Assembly (NCBI RefSeq): GCF_000283555.1 | Contig: NC_016012.1 | Location: 1,320,001-1,352,000, forward strand | Origin: Candidatus Arthromitus sp. SFB-rat-Yit | Lineage (GTDB): Bacteria > Bacillota > Clostridia > Clostridiales > Clostridiaceae | DNA length: 32,000 nucleotides | Reading direction: 5' to 3' | Shown: positions 1-7,047 of the stretch, one piece after another | Layout of the letters: each line of letters starts with the position of its first letter | Position numbering within the stretch: the stretch's first letter is position 1 | The notes under the pieces: generated by a model | What the model saw: only the letters and a program-made list of their open reading frames with translations | Databases searched by the model: none | What the model was told of the DNA's origin: nothing | Program-made: the position numbers and the translations under genes

Positions 1-1499
1 TATTCCTGAGTTTGCTGCTTTTTCGCAAGCTCCTCTTGTGCCTTTATTGCATCTTGTTGAAGTTTAACCTGCATTTCCATTGATTGTTGTCCTTGAATTA
101 TACCTGCTATAGATGTACCTAGAAACGCAACTGTACTTAAAAGACCAACCGCTGTCATAACTTTATTAAACCTACCTCCGCTTGAACCACTTTGTTGAAT
201 ATTGCCTGTATTACCAATTCTATTTGTATTTACAGATTCATTGCCTTGAGTTTTTAAGGAAGATGATTTAACTCCAGAAGTACTAGGTTTAACACTTCCA
301 TTTTGTGATCCTGATGTAGTACTTCCCTGTCCTTTATTTCCAGTCGTTGTACCATTTGATGGTTTACCACCTGAATTTGTTTGAGTTATAACAGGTTGTT
401 TTTGGGAAGAACCACTTGATCCACTTTGATTTGTGCTTAGACTAGGTTTATTTTGTGAAGTTCCTGTGTTTGGCTTTAATTGAGATGATCCAGATCCAGC
501 ACTTCCTCCTGTTAATGGCTTATTTGATCCACTAGCTGTACTGTTTTCAAATTTACTAGTCAAATTAGATGTATTCCCTGGCTTCACTGGAACATCTGGT
601 TTATTTTGTGAGCTTCCAGTTGTATTACTACTATTTGGCTTTAATTGAGATGATCCACTACTTGCCCCAGCTGATGGCTTATTTACTGCACCAGTTCCAT
701 TATTTTCAAATTTACTAGTTAAATTCGCAGTATTCCCTGGTTTTACAGGAGCATCTACCTTATTTTGTGAATTTCCTCCAGTTGATGGTTTGTTTACTGA
801 ACCAGTTCCACCATTTTCATACTTGTTAACCAAATTAGATGTATTCCCTGATGGTATACCTGTGCCATTTGTACCTGAAGTACTTGTATTCGGCTTACTT
901 GGTGCTGTTACAGTATTTCCTGCATTTGGCTTACTTGGTGCTGTTACACTGCTTCCTGTATTTGGCTTAGTTGGTGCTGTTATACTGCTTCCTGCATTTG
1001 GTTTAGTTGGAGCTTTTATACCTCCTCCACTAGATGTTCCAGATGTTAATCCTTCAAATTTATTGATCAAACCACCTGTATTTCCTGGTTTTATACCTGT
1101 ACCAGTTGTACTTGAAGTTCCTGAAGTTGGTTTATTTGTTGAAGTTGTACCTCCTGGCTTAACTGTAGAACTTATACCTGTACCTCCAGGCTTAACTGAA
1201 CTTACACCTGTACTCGGCTTATATGAAGTATTCCCTAAACTTGTTGTTGGTTTAAATATACTTGTCCCTCCATTTACAGGGCGTTTAAATCCATTACTAC
1301 CTGTAAACGTATTAACTTTAACTGGATTAAACTTAACCGGAGCTTTCATCATAGCAGATGCCTTTTTTACAGTTCCTATATGCTGAGCTGCTATTCCCGT
1401 AACACCAACTAACGCTGTAGCCATAGCTACTCTATTTAAAAATTTCTTTCTTGATAAATCAGAATCATTATTATTCCGTTTATTATCATTTGAATTCAT
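1..1499 (-). CDS. Low-complexity Ser/Thr/Asn/Gly/Lys/Pro-rich envelope protein, paralog A. The N-terminus is complete and the C-terminus runs off the window start.
   Basis: Not in the supplied ORF track because there is no stop in the window. My hand translation of the minus strand from ATG 1499..1497 stays open to base 1 (499 codons plus a partial one). It reads MNSNDNKRNNNDSDLSRKKFLNRVAMATALVGVTGIAAQHIGTVKKASAMMKAPVKF..., then about 400 aa of S/T/N/G/K/P repeats, then ...GRFNKVMTAVGLLSTVAFLGTSIAGIIQGQQSMEMQVKLQQDAIKAQEELAKKQQTQE. An AAGGAGGG Shine-Dalgarno lies at 1511..1518 (rc). The architecture parallels the downstream gene 1550..3481. Confidence 0.7.
   Translation of the reverse strand, partial: MNSNDNKRNNNDSDLSRKKFLNRVAMATALVGVTGIAAQHIGTVKKASAMMKAPVKFNPVKVNTFTGSNGFKRPVNGGTSIFKPTTSLGNTSYKPSTGVSSVKPGGTGISSTVKPGGTTSTNKPTSGTSSTTGTGIKPGNTGGLINKFEGLTSGTSSGGGIKAPTKPNAGSSITAPTKPNTGSSVTAPSKPNAGNTVTAPSKPNTSTSGTNGTGIPSGNTSNLVNKYENGGTGSVNKPSTGGNSQNKVDAPVKPGNTANLTSKFENNGTGAVNKPSAGASSGSSQLKPNSSNTTGSSQNKPDVPVKPGNTSNLTSKFENSTASGSNKPLTGGSAGSGSSQLKPNTGTSQNKPSLSTNQSGSSGSSQKQPVITQTNSGGKPSNGTTTGNKGQGSTTSGSQNGSVKPSTSGVKSSSLKTQGNESVNTNRIGNTGNIQQSGSSGGRFNKVMTAVGLLSTVAFLGTSIAGIIQGQQSMEMQVKLQQDAIKAQEELAKKQQTQE
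541..750 (-). repeat. In-frame 159-bp (53-codon) duplicated module inside paralog A
   Basis: The string 'ttttcaaatttactagt[c/t]aaatt...gtattccctgg' recurs at 544 and 703, a period of 159. It encodes VKPGNT(S/A)NLTSKFEN... twice. Degenerate further copies encode IPSGNTSNLVNKYEN (about 805-850) and IKPGNTGGLINKFEG (about 1040-1085). Confidence 0.6.
891..1013 (-). repeat. In-frame 36-bp tandem repeat, about 3.4 copies, inside paralog A
   Basis: Units at 891..926, 927..962, 963..998 and a partial 999..1013 ('[c/t]ggctta[c/g]ttggtgctgtta...cctg[c/t]att'). They encode APTKPNAGSSIT / APTKPNTGSSVT / APSKPNAGNTVT / APSKPN... Confidence 0.8.
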
Positions 1500-1549
1500 A
1501 ATCCCTCTAACCCTCCTTGGACCTATAAAATAAGTATTATCTTATTTTG

Positions 1550-3481
1550 TTAAAAACTTCCATTAGTTTGAAAATACTGAAGCAGTTCAAGTGCAGCATT
1601 TGACTGCTCTAAACTTAAAAGATCATTTTCATACATGTACTCAATCATGAAGAAATTCATCCTACCACCTTCTATATTTTCCTTAATAGATTGAAGTTCT
1701 CTATGTGTAAAAATTCCCTCTTGAATAAATTTTTCGAACATGTCCTTATTTTTAAGAACCCTCGCTTCAGATATTCCTGTTTCAAATTTTGTTATATCAT
1801 TATTATCGTAATCTACATCTTCATAATACATAGAGTAAGTACTTCTTCTTGTATTATCTTCATTTTTCTCTATTACAACTGCATCCTCAAACCTTTCATC
1901 AACAAACTCATCTTCTTTAGAATCCCCTCCTCCATCTTCAGAAGGAGTAAAGTTTCCGTCCTTATCATAAACTCCTGAACCATCTGATGGATAAAAGTTT
2001 CCGTCCTTATCATAATGTCCAGAACCATCTGATAAGAAATAATTCCCATCTTTATCTATATATCCAGTACCATCTGAGTAATGGAAATTCATATCTTTAT
2101 CATAATATCCAGAACCATCTGCTAAATGGAAATTCCCATCTTTATCTATATATCCAGATCCATCCTTAAGCTGATAATTTCCATCCTCATCATAGTATCC
2201 ATCTGAATCTGATTCATCAACTTCCCCAGATTCTACCTCTGATGCACTCTCCATTGCCATCTGAGCTTTCAGCATCTCTCTCTCATGCTCCATTTGCTTC
2301 TCTTGCATTTTCATCTGAGCTTCTATCGATTCATTCTGAAGTTTTTCTTGAAGTTTCATTTGCTCTGCTGCCTGCACAGAACCCATTATACTAGATACTG
2401 CAAATCCGGCACTCATAAGGTTACCAGCAACACTCGAACCAATTTGAATTTTATCTGCAAGACTTGGCTTATTAGTTTGATCTAACTGAGGCTTATTTGC
2501 AGAACCTCCTGCATTATTATTATTGTTATTATTTGCGTTAGCATTATTATTAGATGCGCTTCCAGAGCTTGGCTTATTACTATTTGCATTAGCATTACTA
2601 TTAGATGTGTTTCCAGAGCTTGGCTTATTACTATTTGCATTAGCATTACTATTAGATGTGCTTCCAGAGCTTGGCTTATTATTATTTGCGTTAGCATTAC
2701 TATTAGATGTGCTTCCAGAGCTTGGCTTATTATTTGAATTGTTAGTGGATGTAGAATTATTATTTGGTTTATTAGTACCTGAACTATTAGTAGAAGTATT
2801 TGGTTTACTAGGAGCTGCGCTATCTCCTTTACTACTTCCAAATCCTCCATCTACACTTGAAGATTGGTTTGAATTAGATGATGTGTTCCCTGGTTTCTTT
2901 GTTGTATTCGAGTTACTGTTACTAGGTTTATTAACAGTATTTCCACTAGGCTTATTATTTCCTGTACTAGTTGTTACAGGAGGTTTTTTACCAACTATGG
3001 TGTTACTTGAACTAGATGATGACGAACCTGAACTACCTGTTATTACATTACCAGAACTAGGCTTGTTTGACGTACTTCCTGATGAAGATGATGTCCCTCC
3101 TGGCTTACTTGAACTAGTTGATCCTCCCAAAGGTTTTTTATTTGTTGAAGATGATGATGTTCCTCCTGGCTTATTTGAAGTACTTGCTCCTCCCACTGGC
3201 TTATTGCTTGTAGTACCACTCGGCTTGCTTGAACTACTGCTACTTGAACTACTACTTGATCCAGATGGTTTAGGTTTAAGTGTAGAAGTAGTTGGTTTTT
3301 TGATAGGTGGCTTTTTAAATGAAGGAAGTTTAAACTTTAATGCTTGAGCCTCTTTAGGGGGAAGTTCCGAAACTCCAATACTAGTAATTGTTGCAAGAGT
3401 TGTTGCGATTCCAAATGACTTAATAAGTTTCTTTCTAAAGCTTTTATCATTTTTAATTTTATCTGTATCCCTACTCACCAA
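1550..3481 (-). CDS. Low-complexity envelope protein, paralog B (643 aa). Order of parts: signal-like N-terminus, Ser/Asn-rich disordered region, TM-like segment, Gln/Met/Glu coiled coil, 6x15-aa Asp/Gly/Tyr repeats, unassigned C-terminal domain of about 125 aa.
   Basis: ORF track entry. AAGGAGGG SD at 3487..3494 (rc), 5 nt before TTG 3481 (GTG at 3478 is also possible). The N-terminus is ...KSFRKKLIKSFGIATTLATITSIGVSELPPKEAQA. The TM-like segment IGSSVAGNLMSAGFAVSSIMGSV is coded at about 2376..2446 and is followed by QAAEQMKLQEKLQNESIEAQMKMQEKQMEHEREMLKAQMAME. Only 50 nt with no terminator separate it from paralog A, so the two are probably co-transcribed. Confidence 0.8.
   Translation of the reverse strand: MVSRDTDKIKNDKSFRKKLIKSFGIATTLATITSIGVSELPPKEAQALKFKLPSFKKPPIKKPTTSTLKPKPSGSSSSSSSSSSSKPSGTTSNKPVGGASTSNKPGGTSSSSTNKKPLGGSTSSSKPGGTSSSSGSTSNKPSSGNVITGSSGSSSSSSSNTIVGKKPPVTTSTGNNKPSGNTVNKPSNSNSNTTKKPGNTSSNSNQSSSVDGGFGSSKGDSAAPSKPNTSTNSSGTNKPNNNSTSTNNSNNKPSSGSTSNSNANANNNKPSSGSTSNSNANANSNKPSSGNTSNSNANANSNKPSSGSASNNNANANNNNNNNAGGSANKPQLDQTNKPSLADKIQIGSSVAGNLMSAGFAVSSIMGSVQAAEQMKLQEKLQNESIEAQMKMQEKQMEHEREMLKAQMAMESASEVESGEVDESDSDGYYDEDGNYQLKDGSGYIDKDGNFHLADGSGYYDKDMNFHYSDGTGYIDKDGNYFLSDGSGHYDKDGNFYPSDGSGVYDKDGNFTPSEDGGGDSKEDEFVDERFEDAVVIEKNEDNTRRSTYSMYYEDVDYDNNDITKFETGISEARVLKNKDMFEKFIQEGIFTHRELQSIKENIEGGRMNFFMIEYMYENDLLSLEQSNAALELLQYFQTNGSF
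1940..2209 (-). repeat. Six tandem 45-bp (15-aa) in-frame repeats, consensus DGSGYYDKDGNFxxS
   Basis: Repeat boundaries at 1940/1985/2030/2075/2120/2165. The units encode DSDGYYDEDGNYQLK, DGSGYIDKDGNFHLA, DGSGYYDKDMNFHYS, DGTGYIDKDGNYFLS, DGSGHYDKDGNFYPS and DGSGVYDKDGNFTPS. Confidence 0.9.
2531..2734 (-). repeat. Four tandem 51-bp (17-aa) in-frame repeats
   Basis: The 'atttgc' unit starts at 2531, 2582, 2633 and 2684, an exact 51-nt period. The units encode KPSSG(S/N)(T/A)SN(S/N)NANAN(N/S)N four times, near-identical at the DNA level. Confidence 0.9.
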
Positions 3482-3571
3482 TTTCTCCCTCCTTGAAAAT
3501 TAATGATGATAAAAAATAAATTAATCAAATCTTTCTCTAACTACTTTTATTATCGTAATACAAAAAATTTT

Positions 3572-3612
3572 TTAAACAAAAAAAATGAAAACTTTAATCA
3601 AAAAGTTTTCAT
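3572..3612 (-). terminator. Rho-independent terminator after the M28-like gene
   Basis: Stem 'atgaaaacttt' (3585..3595) pairs with 'aaagttttcat' (3602..3612). On the minus strand it is followed by 'tttttttgttt'. Confidence 0.75.
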
Positions 3613-5088
3613 TTAATTCTCTTTATTAGGTTTTAATAAAATTATCCTAAGAATCACATAAAATACAATTAACGCAACTAAAAGTATTGATAGATTCTTT
3701 ATTAACATATCATTTTTACTACTATCCTCTTCCTCATAATTCCCAATTGAAGAAGAATAATCGAATATAAATTTTTTAGATTTTATCTCAAAATTGCTAT
3801 TTTTAATGTCATCTCTCACCAAGTTATAATTGTCAGTAAATTCTTTCCTATACGTGTATGTCACAATTTCATCATTTACAAAAACAAATTCACCATTAAC
3901 ATTATCCTTAAAATTAAACTCAAATTCATCTATATTTTTCAGAAAATCAATTCCATTAGGAGAAATAACTTTAACAGTATAATTACCCTCATCTAAATTT
4001 TTAAATTCAGTAACTAAAGTTTCATTTAAAGTAATCTCTTTTATCTTTTTATTACCTTTATAAAGAACGTACTTTACTTGAGATATCTTATCTAAATTCT
4101 CCTCTGATAACTGAGTTATTATCTTTATACTTCTATTTTCTCTAACCAAATAATTAAATAATACTTCTACGCAACTGGATAAATTCTTCGTAACAGTATC
4201 AACAAAATTTCCCATCACATAGTTATAATTATCATCACTACTTCCTTCTATTATTCCAATACCCTCTCCAGTAGGATCATCTGGTAAACCATAATTTTTA
4301 TCTACACTTTCAAAAGAAGTAGCTTCAATTTTCCCAAATGGAACATTACTATATTTAAATGGAACATGATCTCCTATATCTGCACAAACCCCTTCTGGAA
4401 TACTTTGTTCCAAATTTTCTTCAGTAGTCAGAATTTTAATTTTCAACTCTTTAGATAATGATAATAATTCATCTCTAACAAATCCCTTATTTCCACTATT
4501 ACCATAAACGTATAAATTTTTTCCGCTACCAAGAGACGTTAAATTCAAAAAATACATTATCTTATCAAGTTCATCTTGAGATCTAGTTGATACATAATGT
4601 GTTGATCCTATTTCTCCATTTTTTCCACTACCAAATAATACAAATTTTAAAGTAAATGGAAAACTCATATCCTTAACCCTATCTGCAACCTCAAGTAAAA
4701 CAGAAACACCTGTAGCTCCTTCAAATCCTGTTGATCCATCAACATTTTCTGAATCATAAGAAGCTCCAATTATAACTTCTAAATCGCTCGCTCCTTTTTT
4801 AGTTGCAATAATATTGTGAGATAAATAATATCCAGGAGTAAAATTCAAAACCGTGTCTTCAGGAAAAGAAATCTCTTCAAATGAAGTATCATAACCAAAA
4901 TCTCTAAGTAATCTTCCTAAATAATCCGCTGTATAAACCTCACCTTCACTAAAAGAAACTCTAGGTATTCTAGATATCTGTTCTAAATAATCAAGTGCAT
5001 ACTTCCCAAACTCCTCAGCTTGTACACTCGGTTTAAAACAACATACAAACAAAACAATAAAAACAAATATCTTATATATCCTCTTCAA
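3613..5088 (-). CDS. Exported, C-terminally membrane-anchored M28-family peptidase homolog, probably non-catalytic
   Basis: Signal peptide MKRIYKIFVFIVLFVCCFKPSVQA|EE. The M28-like block order is GASYDS ... GFEGATGVSVLLE ... FVLFGSGKNGEIGSTHY ... FLNLTSLG ... GDHVPF. A C-terminal beta-sandwich-like region is present (EGNYTVKVISPNG), as is a final TM helix LSILLVALIVFYVILRIILL. TTG start with GGGTGA upstream. Confidence 0.6.
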   Translation of the reverse strand: MKRIYKIFVFIVLFVCCFKPSVQAEEFGKYALDYLEQISRIPRVSFSEGEVYTADYLGRLLRDFGYDTSFEEISFPEDTVLNFTPGYYLSHNIIATKKGASDLEVIIGASYDSENVDGSTGFEGATGVSVLLEVADRVKDMSFPFTLKFVLFGSGKNGEIGSTHYVSTRSQDELDKIMYFLNLTSLGSGKNLYVYGNSGNKGFVRDELLSLSKELKIKILTTEENLEQSIPEGVCADIGDHVPFKYSNVPFGKIEATSFESVDKNYGLPDDPTGEGIGIIEGSSDDNYNYVMGNFVDTVTKNLSSCVEVLFNYLVRENRSIKIITQLSEENLDKISQVKYVLYKGNKKIKEITLNETLVTEFKNLDEGNYTVKVISPNGIDFLKNIDEFEFNFKDNVNGEFVFVNDEIVTYTYRKEFTDNYNLVRDDIKNSNFEIKSKKFIFDYSSSIGNYEEEDSSKNDMLIKNLSILLVALIVFYVILRIILLKPNKEN

Positions 5089-5199
5089 CTACTTTCACCC
5101 TCTCCAACACTAAAACTTGATTTCCAAACATATAATCTATTAATTATTTTAAAACTTTTCGTTAAATATTATACCCTATATTTAAATTTTTCGTAAATA

Positions 5200-5240
5200 T
5201 ATTAAAAAATAAAAAGACGATTAAATAATTAATCGTCTTA
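5200..5240 (-). terminator. Rho-independent terminator after pepF
   Basis: Stem 'aagacgatta' (5214..5223) pairs with 'taatcgtctt' (5230..5239). The minus-strand downstream sequence is 'tttatttttt'. Confidence 0.75.
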
Positions 5241-5253
5241 ATTTCTATACATT

Positions 5254-7047
5254 TTAGATATTCTTCTCTAAAATATCTAAAAGTTCAGAAAATCTACTCA
5301 CTACATTTTCCATAGGTGTTTTAGTTGTCATATCTACTCCAGCAGATTTTAATATCTCTATTGGATAATTACATCCACCCATCTTTAAAAAATTATTAAT
5401 ATAATTCTCAACTGCACTCTTCCCATTCTTTATTATATCTTGAGAAAACGCAAAGCTAGCTGCATAACCAGTTGCATATTGATAAACATAGAAACAAGAA
5501 TAAAAATGTGGTATTCTACTCCATTCATAAATTATATAATCGTCTAATACTAAACTATCTCCATAATACTTCTTATTCAAATCTCTCCATATTTCACAAA
5601 AATCATCACTAGTTAATGATCCACCTTTTTCAACTTCTCCATGTACAATAAGTTCAAATTCTGCAAATAACATTTGTCTAAATACAGTAGTTCTAATATT
5701 TTCAACCTCTTTATTTATAAAATATAAATACTCCTCCCCAGTTGAATTATCTTGCATATATTTATTTAACAAATGCTCATTACAAGTCGATGCAATCTCT
5801 GCCAAAAATATTGGATAGTTATAATTGAAAAACGTTTGATTTTTTCTCGAATAATAAGAATGAATTGAATGTCCCATTTCATGAACTAAGGTAGATAAAT
5901 CATTAAATGAATTTGAATAATTCAAAAGTATATAAGGATCAGTATCATAACTTCCTGATGAATATGCTCCACTTCTCTTACCTTTGTTTGTATAAACATC
6001 TATCCATCTATTTTCTATTGCTTCATTAAATATTTCTAAATACTCTGTACCAAGAGGCTCGAGTGCCTTTAAAGATATATCAAGAGCTTTTTCATATGAA
6101 ATATCCTTAACCGAATTTTTAACTAATGGTACGTATAAATCATAACTCTTAAGCTCATCGACCCCAAGCATACTCTTTTTCAAATCTATATATCTGTGTA
6201 TTTTATTAAAATTTTTATGCATAACATCAATCGCATTTAAATAAACAGATTTATCTACATTGTTTCCAAACAAATTACCTTCAAGAGCCGAGTCAAATTT
6301 CTTTACTTTGGAGTACAAAACATCATTTGTAATTGATGTAGATAGACACGTAGCTAATGTATTTCTATAATCCCTATATGTAGAAAATAATTTTTCGTAC
6401 GCATCCTTCCTAACTTTCCTATCGTATGATGTTAAAAACACACCATAGTTTCCCTCATTTAATTGAACTTCTTTCCCACTCTCATTTGTTATAAATGGAA
6501 ATTTTAAATCTACATTTTTAAATGTTGATACTATATTATCCGGAGCATCAATTGATGATCCAAACATGCTCAATACTTTTTCTGCTTCTTCAGACAAAAT
6601 ATGTTTCTTACCTCTTATTAAATTTTGTATCCTAAATCTAATGTCCCTAAGCTCCTCATCTTCTACAAGAGATTTTAAAAATTCATCACTTTTAGAAATA
6701 AGCTCTGTATCTATAAAACTACTCATAGATGAAAATTCATAATAAAACTGTTCAACTCTTGTGTATATACCTTGATATAAAGTCACAGATCCATCTTGAT
6801 CTTTTTTCATATGAGCATAATTCATTAGTTTCATTATTGTTCTTAATATTATCTCAAAATCGTTAAATAAGTTTAATACTTCTTGTTTCGTATTAAGCTT
6901 ACCTTCATAGCTCCCAATTTTTTTTGAAGATTCCTTAATATTCTTAAATTCCTCCTCAAATTCCTGTGTGTTTTTATATATCTTCTCTAAATTCCACGTA
7001 TATTTTTCTTCTATACTCTCTCTATTTTCAAAATACTTTACATCCAT
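5254..7047 (-). CDS. pepF: Oligoendopeptidase F (M3B metallopeptidase)
   Basis: 597 aa. It has the HEMGHSIH zinc motif with a downstream FLAEIASTCNE Glu, and the typical PepF length and N-terminus (KYTWNLEKIY). Its ATG (7047..7045) directly abuts the upstream gene's TAA (7050..7048). Confidence 0.85.
   Translation of the reverse strand: MDVKYFENRESIEEKYTWNLEKIYKNTQEFEEEFKNIKESSKKIGSYEGKLNTKQEVLNLFNDFEIILRTIMKLMNYAHMKKDQDGSVTLYQGIYTRVEQFYYEFSSMSSFIDTELISKSDEFLKSLVEDEELRDIRFRIQNLIRGKKHILSEEAEKVLSMFGSSIDAPDNIVSTFKNVDLKFPFITNESGKEVQLNEGNYGVFLTSYDRKVRKDAYEKLFSTYRDYRNTLATCLSTSITNDVLYSKVKKFDSALEGNLFGNNVDKSVYLNAIDVMHKNFNKIHRYIDLKKSMLGVDELKSYDLYVPLVKNSVKDISYEKALDISLKALEPLGTEYLEIFNEAIENRWIDVYTNKGKRSGAYSSGSYDTDPYILLNYSNSFNDLSTLVHEMGHSIHSYYSRKNQTFFNYNYPIFLAEIASTCNEHLLNKYMQDNSTGEEYLYFINKEVENIRTTVFRQMLFAEFELIVHGEVEKGGSLTSDDFCEIWRDLNKKYYGDSLVLDDYIIYEWSRIPHFYSCFYVYQYATGYAASFAFSQDIIKNGKSAVENYINNFLKMGGCNYPIEILKSAGVDMTTKTPMENVVSRFSELLDILEKNI

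Noticed and set aside
2531-2734. The 51-bp x4 array as a possible CRISPR or non-coding satellite
   Set aside because: The units are contiguous with no spacers, are a multiple of 3 in length, and lie in frame within a long ORF. No cas genes or leader are present.
2482-2850. 122-aa minus-strand ORF in an alternative frame across the 51-bp repeat array, plus small + ORFs at 1691..1978, 1987..2169 and 2285..2485
   Set aside because: They lie wholly inside the 643-aa gene. They are repeat-driven open frames with no independent start signals.
2523-3347. 274-aa + strand ORF (Leu/Phe/Pro/Glu-rich) and 790..1386 + (198 aa), both antisense to the low-complexity genes
   Set aside because: These are shadow ORFs. 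The minus-strand AGT/AAT/AAA/CCA/GGA codon repeats have no stop codons on the complement. No SD precedes them. Their 'repeats' mirror the minus-strand repeats. The minus-strand frames have strong SDs, signal segments and coherent domain architecture.
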